Of a stretch of 64,000 nt of DNA, positions 11,001-20,054 are shown piece after piece. Made by a program: the position numbers and the translations under genes. Numbering within the stretch: the stretch's first letter is position 1; each line of letters starts with the position of its first letter. Under the pieces are notes generated by a model. The model saw only the letters and a list, made by a program, of their open reading frames with translations. It made no database searches and was not told the DNA's origin. Source of the DNA: a virus (lineage: Duplodnaviria; Caudoviricetes); IMG/VR virus record IMGVR_UViG_3300025167_000006, positions 1 to 64,000 of that record; one strand, given 5' to 3'.

Positions 11001-14000
11001 CGAATCAGATCTTGTTGGGTCTTCCATTCGCTGAGTCGGCGGGGACGATCGCTGAGATACGGAGCGAGTTTCTCAGTCGTCGTTCGCGCATCCTCATCAG
11101 GGACGAGACGGACCCAGGCATCGTTCGTTCCTACACGTACCCCAAGGTTCTTGAGCTGGAGGTGAACCCCAGCACTGGGAGCGCGTACAAGCTTGGGGAT
11201 GCCGTCGCTGAGTTTGCCCCGCTAGTGCAGGGCGTGGAGGTCATCGACTACGTCAACACCCCCAACTGGTTTGAGGGGATACTGAACCAAGGGGCGTTTT
11301 ACGAGGTACAGAAGTACCACACGTTCGCGGTTCGCGTGTCGACCGAGGTGTTCGACCTCGAGTCGCTGCTGGAGTCTCAGCGGTTCACCAATAAGATCAA
11401 GCCCGTCTACACCGACGTGAAGTCTATCGTCACCCATGTGGTTTCAGGGGATGGGGATGAGATCGATGTGGTGGACGATATTGAGTACAGGGTGTCGCTC
11501 AACCTGCAGGACGCCATCTGCCGGCAGCGTCTAGGCGCCGCCTACATGTTCGACGAGCCGTGGGCTGGTGGCTCTGCATATGACCCGCCGGGCAACACGG
11601 ACCCGTACTTGGCGAACGGGTACCGCAACCGCTTCGATGCTGATGACGATCCCGCAACCCCTTTGCCCGTGTACCCCGGCCCTCCGGACGCCAACGTGCT
11701 GTGGGCGTTCGATGCCGCTGGGTACTTGTGCCCGAGCGATGTACTTCGAGCCGTCACCTGTCAGACGTTCGCGGCTCCCACCCCGATGTTGTTCGACTCC
11801 ATCTGGAGCTTTGACATCGGGCATAGCGTAAAGACTCTGATCGCTGTAGCTGCTCCCGTTGTTGTAAGTGAGAGCAACTATCTATTCCCACAGGAGATCG
11901 CGCAACTTCTTACAGCGCCTACAGACCTGGTGCGGTTGATTGGACTTGGTGACTCGCTACTCGCGGCGAGGGTGCCGTACTTCTGTCAGGGCTGTTACGA
12001 GGTCCCATGGGTCGGTGCCATCCAGTACGGCGCATCGATTCGGTACGACAATGCTGGCGTGCAGAACGTTGAGTTGAGCACGGTGGGGGCCCCCCTGGCG
12101 GCTGCTGTGTCTCCGCTCATCGGTGGCGATGTTACATGGTTCCCGCTTGGCGACCACGAGGTGGAGTTCCTGGGCGGCCTTATCCTCGGGACCTCTATAT
12201 CAGCTCGCATCAGCGCACACGTGCACGCGGCGGTGGACTTCCCGTTGATGTGGGCGAACCTCGTCGGGATGCCAGCTAGAGCGCGGACCATAGCGTATCG
12301 CCACGCGGCTGCACCTACAACAGAACCGGGTGTGCTGATGGTGGCGCGCTCAACGGCGGACGCTAGTTACCCGGTTGTCGCACCGAACTACCAATCACCG
12401 GTCACCTATGACTTCACCGGCTCTGGGTACGTGTCGCTAGATGCTGCAATCCCGGACACGTTCAACTGGGCCGGCTCCGCTACGGTGAACGCAGAGTTAA
12501 TCGCGGTGCCGAGCGCCGACACCACAAATAATGAGATCGTGGCCTATCACCAGCCGTGGATTGAGGGCAACGGTCCTGGTGTTGTGTTCCTCGAGTGGTC
12601 CGTCGGCGGGGTGACTGGAGCACGGTATGCGAGCAACGTGTTGTTCCCGCCTAGTCTGTTTGAGCCCGGCGGGTTCTTCCAGACTTTCGCGGACACTGGG
12701 CAGCCGGTGCTCTACTGGGCGCTCGGCGCCAACTCTCCGAATGAGGCGGTAGCTACACAGGAGCTTTGGATAGAGACGGTCATAGGGCTGTTCAGGTCTG
12801 CGTTCCCGAATGCTCCGGTGATTTTGACCACCACGCACTTCGGGAACAACGCACCCTCCTATGACTTGAACATGTTGACCGCGACGCGCAACGTCGCAGC
12901 GCGCACCTTGGGGTGCTTGTTGCTGGACACGTACCTCTACTGGGGGAACTATCGTCGAGGACTTGCGGCGGGGTATTACGGCGACGTCATCCATCTCGGT
13001 GCGGCTGGAGATCTCGTTAAATGCGCAATGATTGGTGACATGCTCCACGATGTAGCTAGTGGCATCATGGCGCGCAGGATTGACTTCCGTCTTCTCACTC
13101 CAGGTGTGGGACCAGAGGTACTTTCTGGTGGAATCGTTGTCACCACCGGTGTCGCTGCAAACCGTTCGGTTTGGACGGGAACTGCCCTCGTCACTGACGT
13201 ACCGCAAAATCGCGCACGCATAGGTCGGCGTGCGGTTGACGACCCGCCAGCGCTGCTCATTGAGCACGCATCAACAAACGTTCACCCTGTGTCGCGAGGG
13301 GTCCCGAGCGTCGGTGGGCTCATCTTGGTGGGAAGCAGTGAAATAGGCTGCACGCCTAGTGGCATCGTGGGACCTGATGGCACTGGGAACGCCACCAGAT
13401 ATCAGGTCAACTCCGGCGGTTACAGCCGTTTCTACTATGACCCAGGAGCCGCAACTGGAGTATTTGTGGCGTCGCAATGCGAGCGCCATACTTCTGGCAC
13501 TGGGGAGAACACGATCTCACTAGAGGCAGCCACAAGCGCTGGTGAGACAGTAACCACTGCGTGGACACGAATATCCAAGGCGAGTGCAGGTGGCGTCAAC
13601 TTGTCATTGCTCAGCGCTGATGGGCGAAATCGCCTTGCCGAGGGAGGTAAGGGGGCTGGGGTTCGCGATGTGCTAGTCGACTTCTGCCAGGTGGAGGATG
13701 ATTCCGCAATCGCCACCAGCCCAATCCCATCCGGGCAGACCAGAGTGGTGGAGCCGCATGCTTTCCCCAATGCACTCTCCACGTACTTAGTAGCCGGCCG
13801 TCTGATGCTTGCGTACCGACTGCGCCCGATGGCCGCGCGCAACATGTACCATTCGACGAACCCGCAGTATTTCTGGTATGTGAACGGCGACAACTATTGC
13901 CTTTTCCAGCCAGTATCAGGAACCATCCTCTTGCGCGTGGGCGGTATGAACGACGGTCCTCTTGTGGCCATCAACTGGACGGATGATGATGTGCTCGACA

Positions 14001-14203
14001 TCTACTTCGAGTGTGGTGGGGCGGCTAACTCCACTATTGTGTGGCGCAAGAATAATGGTGTGCTCACCTCTTGGACTGGAGCGCTTTCGCCAACACTTGG
14101 CGATGGCACGCTCTACATCATGGGCGGCGATGGCCACGCTACGTGCTCCTACGTGGAGACGATTGATATCGGTGGGCGCCCGCGGTGGACGGTTCCCAAC
14201 TGA
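8015..14203 (+). CDS. Giant baseplate/virion protein with PKD/Ig domains, an SGNH-hydrolase domain and C-terminal lectin-like domains
   Basis: 2062 aa. PKD signature PPIAVAGDDQ...LDGTSSYDPEGAELTYEW; baseplate-like core (YLSAVRGLWY...GPTV; KIKPVYT); SGNH blocks GLGDSL (~11942), LGAN (~12720), DVIH (~12983). Confidence 0.75.
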   Translation: MAGGFGNGPWGNTPWGGGFIEEETPEHLPTTPTWNIFDLGGVSLSDINRLSDFVEVSIIGASGSHFLSSWNIASGGVYPTDIAYVLFDVAVPETFTIEYRVKFNSLPEDFADPELRHVYLGAWSSQDFASGFLFSKSGVAYTGEVAISFGGGITYAQSIDVIPGSADWFPEIFGEGEEVVVKVVVDSSIPALYFFLTKASELVGDNHVLRAILDPKVTVPGTAVDTVVVSVRGTLADESWLELINNYRMSSQAYILNLPPIAVAGDDQAVRMCSIVQLDGTSSYDPEGAELTYEWRLIDAPLSSLFIFSGGDGRTEPEVVPSGFSKVFYSNSLGEEHVQEPVLVNDVLVVAGVGHTIKAVNNVSPFNVEVEYTQLPDNLVNTKFKVLRNAALKDADEAKPTFYPDVVGFWTFDLRVYDGSLWSSPLGLERSRVLVDVRESPLPRGCPVDTSFVFDSLLDFWKLVEDRDRISTLWDAVAQVTSTELLTLWQSEYSKSLRDIQRQALRRWLHYDLMIPEPVPEMTEIKFLWGGALSKRFVSTVVSGTSVTVMAPMLSDPVEISLSSPGSIEAAQVARELQTRLKEQVSSAFTVKAITSDVLWGGDHGRIIATGNPLTDVVFTTDPTVNLFSIGVTAGDKIIIMSGPAVGTYTVTGFQGVTQATVDIPFVGGAQSGVIFKIERTGVTFQQVRIDAPFYFTLTSDSTSPLFTYPSVNNVPTGLSGLRISDRVFKVDRPLTDLGIVEDDLIVIGDVAYRVVSILSVDQDEFEDQRVVVKETLPALAGYQEWILPGWVSSEFLNFYNGLFFRGDIVEFEAAEETEDKLQTFQVRGLVTTTAFAANESSIGRLAIDTASLYRDMPVDGVLRLARLVRRRYLPVDDLVVDVPTLQELIVVEDDERTLRRNVDYFIERFRGYNALRFQSGASQDDGDVWEGARPPDRLWAEYTYINNEPIIEANFGIPIGVERDQVPSTVDYLSAVRGLWYALHNGPTVRNVRIANQILLGLPFAESAGTIAEIRSEFLSRRSRILIRDETDPGIVRSYTYPKVLELEVNPSTGSAYKLGDAVAEFAPLVQGVEVIDYVNTPNWFEGILNQGAFYEVQKYHTFAVRVSTEVFDLESLLESQRFTNKIKPVYTDVKSIVTHVVSGDGDEIDVVDDIEYRVSLNLQDAICRQRLGAAYMFDEPWAGGSAYDPPGNTDPYLANGYRNRFDADDDPATPLPVYPGPPDANVLWAFDAAGYLCPSDVLRAVTCQTFAAPTPMLFDSIWSFDIGHSVKTLIAVAAPVVVSESNYLFPQEIAQLLTAPTDLVRLIGLGDSLLAARVPYFCQGCYEVPWVGAIQYGASIRYDNAGVQNVELSTVGAPLAAAVSPLIGGDVTWFPLGDHEVEFLGGLILGTSISARISAHVHAAVDFPLMWANLVGMPARARTIAYRHAAAPTTEPGVLMVARSTADASYPVVAPNYQSPVTYDFTGSGYVSLDAAIPDTFNWAGSATVNAELIAVPSADTTNNEIVAYHQPWIEGNGPGVVFLEWSVGGVTGARYASNVLFPPSLFEPGGFFQTFADTGQPVLYWALGANSPNEAVATQELWIETVIGLFRSAFPNAPVILTTTHFGNNAPSYDLNMLTATRNVAARTLGCLLLDTYLYWGNYRRGLAAGYYGDVIHLGAAGDLVKCAMIGDMLHDVASGIMARRIDFRLLTPGVGPEVLSGGIVVTTGVAANRSVWTGTALVTDVPQNRARIGRRAVDDPPALLIEHASTNVHPVSRGVPSVGGLILVGSSEIGCTPSGIVGPDGTGNATRYQVNSGGYSRFYYDPGAATGVFVASQCERHTSGTGENTISLEAATSAGETVTTAWTRISKASAGGVNLSLLSADGRNRLAEGGKGAGVRDVLVDFCQVEDDSAIATSPIPSGQTRVVEPHAFPNALSTYLVAGRLMLAYRLRPMAARNMYHSTNPQYFWYVNGDNYCLFQPVSGTILLRVGGMNDGPLVAINWTDDDVLDIYFECGGAANSTIVWRKNNGVLTSWTGALSPTLGDGTLYIMGGDGHATCSYVETIDIGGRPRWTVPN

Positions 14204-14214
14204 TTGAGGTAGGT

Positions 14215-14667
14215 ATGAGCGTCGTACTAGCTGCCGTGAACGTGGTGGAGGCTGGGTTCCTCCAGGGAATATTCGTCCAGTTCCATGGGGATACCGACGC
14301 TACTCCAGATCCAGATCCGGCAGTGGACGAGCTGAACCGCACCTACGCGGTTGGGTGGGCCATAAATGGGGTGGAGACGTCCACGCTTGAGGTGCTAAAG
14401 GCGGAGTCGGAGTACATCGCTGAGCCTGGTGTTCCCGTTTCTCCTGGGGACGTTGTGCACATCTTGGTGAGCTCACCCCCAGGGCAGGGAGTGAAAACCC
14501 CAGACTGGTCTTCTATCACGGGGTACGTCCTGATCTCCGCCGCTGTGTGGTACTTCGATATGGGAGAGGCTGACTACCCAGCGGGTGGACCGAACCCCGA
14601 CCCCACGCCAGCTCCTCTTTTGCTGCCAGCGGACACGTACTGCGGGTACTTGGAGCTTGTCGGATGA
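14215..14667 (+). CDS. Hypothetical virion protein
   Basis: GAGGTAGG RBS; ATGA overlap with the next gene. Confidence 0.6.
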   Translation: MSVVLAAVNVVEAGFLQGIFVQFHGDTDATPDPDPAVDELNRTYAVGWAINGVETSTLEVLKAESEYIAEPGVPVSPGDVVHILVSSPPGQGVKTPDWSSITGYVLISAAVWYFDMGEADYPAGGPNPDPTPAPLLLPADTYCGYLELVG

Positions 14668-15308
14668 ACAACGTCTTCATCAAGCACAGAAGGCGGGGGA
14701 AGCTCGTTGAGGTTCGAGAGGCCCACAACAGCTGGTCGAATCATGGTCGCCAGTTCTTGAGGGACATCGTCACGTCGGTCTCGGAGACGCGGCGGTTGAA
14801 GTACGCGTCGCTCGGCATCGGGAGCAACGCGCAGAGCCGAGACATGATCCTACCAGCCGTGGATTCCACACACACCCCTGGTTACGACCCGCGGGCAACC
14901 ACGGGGGGCACCTACACGCACCTGGACCTGGAAGCTGCTGGTGACGGGAGCGTGCCTGCTGTGTCCACGCTGGAGATGCCGGCACGTGTGTCTGGGGTGG
15001 AGGAGGATTACCCCGACGCCATTTTGTCTGGCACGTCGACGTGGTACATACAGCCGCCGGACTTGTACATCACGCAGCTGTCTTCCAGGAGGGGGATAGC
15101 CGTGCACTTCTTCGTGGACGCCACCGCGGGTCAGTACGTGTTCGGGTCGTACACGATGATGCCGATTAGTGAGGCTGGCCTTCATCTTGGGGATGTTACG
15201 GTCACTCAGCCATACCAGCCGTTGGTCGCTTACGTGAACTTTGCTACACTTCTTCTGGACGTCGACAGCGAAGTAGAGTTCATCTGGCTCGTGAAGGTTG
15301 CCCCATGA
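14664..15308 (+). CDS. Tail-collar/fibre-attachment-like protein, paralog 1
   Basis: RGKLVEVREAHN...GRQFL, LGIGS, ISEAGL, EVEFIW; aligns with the next gene. Confidence 0.6.
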   Translation: MNNVFIKHRRRGKLVEVREAHNSWSNHGRQFLRDIVTSVSETRRLKYASLGIGSNAQSRDMILPAVDSTHTPGYDPRATTGGTYTHLDLEAAGDGSVPAVSTLEMPARVSGVEEDYPDAILSGTSTWYIQPPDLYITQLSSRRGIAVHFFVDATAGQYVFGSYTMMPISEAGLHLGDVTVTQPYQPLVAYVNFATLLLDVDSEVEFIWLVKVAP

Positions 15309-15925
15309 AAGTAGTCGACACCATTGAGGTCAAGCAGAACATCCACATCGTCGCGCGGGAGCGCGGTAAGATCGTGGAACGTCGTGACGGCCACAACATC
15401 TTCGTCGACTTGGGCCGCGAGTGGCTTGCTGAGCTGATCGCGTACAGGTCGTTCGGACCTGACACGGTGTACAGGAATGACCGTGTGCGGTACATGGGGG
15501 TGGGCATCGGCGGCAGCCAGCAGCTAGCGCTCATCAAGGCGAACGCGGCCCCGCTGGTCACGATCTACCCGGGGACTAACGCCCAGACCGACGTGGAGCC
15601 CACGGTGGCTCGGCTGGAGCGGCCGGTTCGTGTTACGGGGTCGATGGCAGCAACCCCGGGCATTGCGGGGGACCGGTGGATAGAGCAGATTCAGGCACCG
15701 GCCACCTTTCCGACCAGTAGAAGCACCACGTTCCTTCGGCTGTTTCAGTCGACAGAGGTGAGCTACGGTATATTCACGTCGGTACCACTGTCGGAGATAG
15801 GGTTGTTCACTGACGCCGCGGACCCTCAAATCTACGACAACACCCTGATCGCGTACGATACATTCGACACTCTCAGCAAGACCTCGGCGGTTGAGCTTGA
15901 GGTGAGCTGGACGTTCAGCTTCTAG
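15305..15925 (+). CDS. Tail-collar/fibre-attachment-like protein, paralog 2
   Basis: RGKIVERRDGHN...GREWL, MGVGIGG, LSEIGLF, IAYDTF..LSKT...LEVSW, a pattern resembling DUF3751-like proteins. Confidence 0.65.
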   Translation: MKVVDTIEVKQNIHIVARERGKIVERRDGHNIFVDLGREWLAELIAYRSFGPDTVYRNDRVRYMGVGIGGSQQLALIKANAAPLVTIYPGTNAQTDVEPTVARLERPVRVTGSMAATPGIAGDRWIEQIQAPATFPTSRSTTFLRLFQSTEVSYGIFTSVPLSEIGLFTDAADPQIYDNTLIAYDTFDTLSKTSAVELEVSWTFSF

Positions 15926-15933
15926 GAGCACCC

Positions 15934-17898
15934 ATGCCGTTTTACCGCTATGTAGACCCAACCTACGGCCTTCTTGGGGGTGCCTTTCCTGGTGCCATCG
16001 GGGGCATCACCTACGGGCGCATTAACGTCACTTCCGGCGGTGTGGGCGGGGGTGACGGAAGCGCCATCGTCGGCGGCGCGAAGGTAGGCGCCCCGAATGC
16101 GGGAACGCTTCTAGTAGCCTTTGGTGAGCAGGGTCTGTCGCAGGCGGTGAATCGTGGCCTGGGGGCTCTGGCGCAGAACACAGACGTGCTGGACAACATT
16201 CAGCGCTCAAACATCCCAGCCCCCACGTACACCGATGGGGTGTCAGGGGTGGGGATTACCACCATCTCGCTGGTAGGTGATGTTTGGACTGGTTCAGCTG
16301 CAGATTGGGCTGCGCTGACTGTGGATGGGTTGATCACCCTCATCTCCCCAAGCACGGGCAGAGCTCTCAGGGATGCTGGAGGTAACGTTCTCACCGTCGC
16401 TTCCATCGAGCTGCCTGCGCTCACGGTTCAGTTCAGGCAGGGGTTCATCACCAACCCCATCATTCGGCTGAGTGGCACACTTCCCGCTAACACTCCGTGG
16501 AGACTGTGGTGGTACGGTCGCAGTAGCTTGGCGAAGATCGCCGAGCTATCGCCCTCAGACTGGGTGGCGTGGGTGATGCTCATGCTTGGGATGTCGGGGC
16601 GCAACGCCCTTCATTCCGTGCACGGGCTCGATGAGAAGTACCGGCGTGCCTCTCTTCCAGCAGCTGGTGCACTGCCGGATACAGCGGGGAACGGAGCGCA
16701 GATTCTACGGGATGGCCAGGCGCTCGAGGTCATCGAGCCGGACATGGACTACACGGCCGTCGCGAGGCCAGACCCCTTCCTTGCACTGTTCAAGGCATCT
16801 AGGCCGGCAACGTTGGTGGGCTCCGCCAGCAGCAGGAAGGGCGCCATCGGGTTCTTGTCCACGACAACCAGGGCTCTTGGTGGTGAGACTGGTAACCCGG
16901 ACGGCTACGCCAGCTTCGCATCTTTGATGCGTAGGAACGTGTCTAGCGACGACATCTCCGGCGTCGGCTTGACGCTCACCCGAGTGCCGGTGGGAGCTCC
17001 GGTCAGGCTTAACCCGGGTGGGCTGGGCGCGTCCCGCGTGTCGTTGTTCAGCTACCCCTCGCATTACTGGAGGAAGAACGTATCTGGCTTCGACCGTACC
17101 TCCATCGTTCGGGGCCACGACCTGTTACTCGTCACGCGTGCAAACGGCGACAAGCAGCTGTACTACATCGTTGGGTTCGTCGACAACCAAGTAGCCTCTG
17201 TCACGCCAGTTACGGGTTCTGGTGGTTACTTCACCACCCCAGATGAGGTTGCAACCGTCGAGCTGTTCCACGCATCGTTTCGCATCGACCAGGACGGGCG
17301 TCTCATACACGCTGCTCTTCCAGTGTCTGGCGGCGGCACCGACGTGGGAGGAACAGGTCCTGCGCTATTCATCTCTTCCAGCCGCACTCGTGTATCCAGC
17401 GGCTTTGCGGATGAAGATACCGCGTCCGCGTTGGCTTGGGGCGCGCAGGATGAAGAAGACGGAACCGTCACGCTGGGCGGGAGCCTGCGCGGTGATGGGG
17501 GCGCGTACGCGACCTACATGTACGCTCCGCATGTGGACCCGGTGTTGGGTCAGGACATCGCAACGCCAACAACAGGGACCGCCAACTACGACCCGGTGTT
17601 CAACACCAAGTCCAGTAGCGCCTTCCGCTTCAACGTCACAGGCGTAGGGACGTCTCAGATCAGCATCCTGATGGCCAACCCACTGGCGTTAGAAGGCCAT
17701 CACATCACTGTGGTGGTACACACGGTAGCTGCGTGCACCATCGACATGGATTGGGACGGCGGCTCTGGGGTGTTCATGTTCAGCGGGAACGATGGGAGCA
17801 TCGTCGACCAGGTGGCAGGCGCCACATACATGTGGGAGGGTAAGTCGATGCTCATCAATGGTACTTACAGGTTCCTCATGAAGAGGACGGACTACTGA
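15934..17898 (+). CDS. Putative tail fibre/baseplate-associated protein
   Basis: 654 aa, Gly/Thr/Ser-rich; N-terminal GEQGLSQAVNRGLGALAQNTD anchor-like motif; located in the tail cluster. Confidence 0.6.
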   Translation: MPFYRYVDPTYGLLGGAFPGAIGGITYGRINVTSGGVGGGDGSAIVGGAKVGAPNAGTLLVAFGEQGLSQAVNRGLGALAQNTDVLDNIQRSNIPAPTYTDGVSGVGITTISLVGDVWTGSAADWAALTVDGLITLISPSTGRALRDAGGNVLTVASIELPALTVQFRQGFITNPIIRLSGTLPANTPWRLWWYGRSSLAKIAELSPSDWVAWVMLMLGMSGRNALHSVHGLDEKYRRASLPAAGALPDTAGNGAQILRDGQALEVIEPDMDYTAVARPDPFLALFKASRPATLVGSASSRKGAIGFLSTTTRALGGETGNPDGYASFASLMRRNVSSDDISGVGLTLTRVPVGAPVRLNPGGLGASRVSLFSYPSHYWRKNVSGFDRTSIVRGHDLLLVTRANGDKQLYYIVGFVDNQVASVTPVTGSGGYFTTPDEVATVELFHASFRIDQDGRLIHAALPVSGGGTDVGGTGPALFISSSRTRVSSGFADEDTASALAWGAQDEEDGTVTLGGSLRGDGGAYATYMYAPHVDPVLGQDIATPTTGTANYDPVFNTKSSSAFRFNVTGVGTSQISILMANPLALEGHHITVVVHTVAACTIDMDWDGGSGVFMFSGNDGSIVDQVAGATYMWEGKSMLINGTYRFLMKRTDY

Positions 17899-17905
17899 GG
17901 AAACC

Positions 17906-18694
17906 ATGAAGACCAGGAACTACATCAATCACGCCACTAACCCTGACAGTGATTGCAAGACGCAGCGGTTTTCGAGCGCCTCCACCTACTACAAGCTGTA
18001 CGAAACTGGTATCGGCACCACCGGTACTGGGAAGAAGCATCGCATCTACATCGACCCCGACTACGCCCTCGTCTACACTTACAACGCCGCATGGAACGGC
18101 ACCACTTGGGTGGCCGACCAAGGTGCCGCTTCTGGGCACCCCGCGTTCAGAGCGGATGTGGGGACGTCGTTCGGACGGTCGATGCAGATCGACACGTCCA
18201 GCGACTGGGTGGATATCGCTTGGTCCGTGTCGGGAGGGCTTGCGGACGCTCTTGGGCGCCTGGTCTTGTCCAACGCGGGGATCATCAGCCTCATCATGCG
18301 TGGCATCACCACGGATGAGACTTTGGTTCCAACGCCCAATACGTTGTACGGAGACAACATCGTCAAGGCGTGGGTGAAGGCAAACATAGCCGGTGGGTCT
18401 GGTGGCGCCTGGTCGGTGACCTCCTTCAAAGGCTTCAACATCGATTCAATCACCAGAACGAGCGCAACGCTGGGGTTGATCACCTTTCATACGGGGTTCA
18501 GTTCCTCAGCAGAGTTTGTGGGGGCTGGCACCTTCAACAACCTTAGCGATGGCACTCCTTACACCTTGAGGCTATCTGCATCAGGTGTGAACACGATGAC
18601 TTTTTCATCTTCAAGCACCGCTGGCGCTCTTCACGACATGGATGCCTACGCTGGCAACTTTGTCATGGGTGCCATGGTTCTAGGAAGGCAGTGA
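17906..18694 (+). CDS. Putative tail fibre tip protein
   Basis: C-terminal KAWV...GFNIDSITRTSATLGLITF pattern resembling fibre-tip domains. Confidence 0.6.
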   Translation: MKTRNYINHATNPDSDCKTQRFSSASTYYKLYETGIGTTGTGKKHRIYIDPDYALVYTYNAAWNGTTWVADQGAASGHPAFRADVGTSFGRSMQIDTSSDWVDIAWSVSGGLADALGRLVLSNAGIISLIMRGITTDETLVPTPNTLYGDNIVKAWVKANIAGGSGGAWSVTSFKGFNIDSITRTSATLGLITFHTGFSSSAEFVGAGTFNNLSDGTPYTLRLSASGVNTMTFSSSSTAGALHDMDAYAGNFVMGAMVLGRQ

Positions 18695-18696
18695 CA

Positions 18697-19131
18697 ATGG
18701 ATAAGCTACTAGAAGGAATCAACCTGCTCGGACTGGTCGCGCTGGCGATCATGACCTACGTGTGCACGGTGCTTCTTCGCCGTGCAATCGAGCTTGCCGC
18801 TCCCGTGCTGGTGAAGGAGGAGCGGACGGTTAAGCAGGACGGTGTGTCCTCCAGGACCACCGTGTACAACAATGGGTTTGCCCGGTGGTACAATGAGTTC
18901 TTCCTGTACATGCTGCCATACATTTGCGCGGCGCTGTTTGCGCTTGCGCATAGCGAGTACATCTTCGGTGACGCCAAGACCTACATGGGACGTCTTTGCA
19001 TGGCCGTGTTGGTGGCCACGTTCAGCGCTACGGTCTACAAGGGCGTGAAGAAGGCTATTCCAGGTATCCTGGGAGTGAAGGAAGAGGCTGGGTCGGACGC
19101 CTCCGTCCTGTCCGTTCCTCCGAAGGAGTGA
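18697..19131 (+). CDS. Membrane protein with three hydrophobic segments (holin-like)
   Basis: Three predicted TM helices and a basic/charged C-terminus; follows the tail genes. Confidence 0.5.
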   Translation: MDKLLEGINLLGLVALAIMTYVCTVLLRRAIELAAPVLVKEERTVKQDGVSSRTTVYNNGFARWYNEFFLYMLPYICAALFALAHSEYIFGDAKTYMGRLCMAVLVATFSATVYKGVKKAIPGILGVKEEAGSDASVLSVPPKE

Positions 19132-19133
19132 CA

Positions 19134-19520
19134 ATGCCTGCCTGGGTGGTCGTCAGTCTGTGGTGGTCTAGCAAGGCCAAACCGTGGCTAGTGAAAAACT
19201 GGATGTGGGTGGTGTTCCCTGTGGGGATCTTGCTGCTCCTTCTCGGTTGGAGCCGCAAGCCGAAGGAGCTGGTGGTGGTCGACACGCAGCTCCATGGCGC
19301 GGACAAGGTCAAGGACAAGGTTTCTGCTGAGCTCGAGGACAAGCTGGAGGAGCTCAAGGAGGACCGAGACGACGAACTGGTGGAGGCCGTGTCGGACCAC
19401 AAGGAGTCGATAGACGAGCAGGTCGACGATATGAAGGACGACGCAGAGAAGCTGGTCAAGAACCCGGATAAGCTGAACAAGCACCTGCTGGAAGTGGGGA
19501 AGCGTGCACGTGGAGGATGA
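19134..19520 (+). CDS. Membrane-anchored coiled-coil protein (i-spanin-like topology)
   Basis: ATG 19134; TM WMWVVFPVGILLLLLGW followed by a highly charged helical region. Confidence 0.5.
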   Translation: MPAWVVVSLWWSSKAKPWLVKNWMWVVFPVGILLLLLGWSRKPKELVVVDTQLHGADKVKDKVSAELEDKLEELKEDRDDELVEAVSDHKESIDEQVDDMKDDAEKLVKNPDKLNKHLLEVGKRARGG

Positions 19521-20027
19521 ATACCTTCGCGTGGTTCACATGATCCACAACGAGTTCCCAGCTGTCCGTATCCTGCCGAAGGGCAGCAGTTGGTTCATGC
19601 GGATCTTGTCCGTGCTGCTGTTCTTCAACCGCGGGTTCATGGAGGACTTCGTCACCACCATCGGCAGAATGATTTGGGTCCCAGATGACTGGACCGGATG
19701 GAACGCCCTGACTAGGGCCTCCATCCTTCGACACGAGTTGGTGCACCTGCGTCAGCAGGAGAAGTACGGCATGTTTCTCTACGCCGTCATTTACCTGCTG
19801 TTCCCACTTCCGTTTGGGCTGGCGTGGGACGGGCCTACTTGGAGAAGCAGGCGTATGAAGAGAGCATCAGGGCGCGTTACGTCTACTTCGGCAGCAACTC
19901 CTTCACGCCGGCGTACCGCGAGCAGATGGTCGACTACTTCACCTCGTCGCAGTACGGATGGATGTGGCCGTTTCGTCGTTCCATCGAGCGGTGGTACGAC
20001 GCTGCAGTGAAGTCAACGTTGCCCTAG
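19510..20027 (+). pseudogene. HExxH zinc metallopeptidase-like membrane protein split by a 1-nt frameshift at about 19825-19828
   Basis: Frame 1 reads ...ILRHELVHLRQ...LPFGLAW; the -1 frame continues GRAYLEKQAYEE..., supplying the expected downstream Glu. One extra G in TGGGAC restores a single ORF. Confidence 0.7.
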
Positions 20028-20048
20028 ATACGCGCAATCTGGTAGTCT
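20019..20048 (+). promoter_or_regulatory. Sigma70-like extended -10 promoter, probably giving a leaderless mRNA
   Basis: TTGCCC-N18-TAGTCT with TGn immediately upstream; GTG start 6 nt downstream with no RBS. Confidence 0.45.
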
Positions 20049-20054
20049 TGGGAT

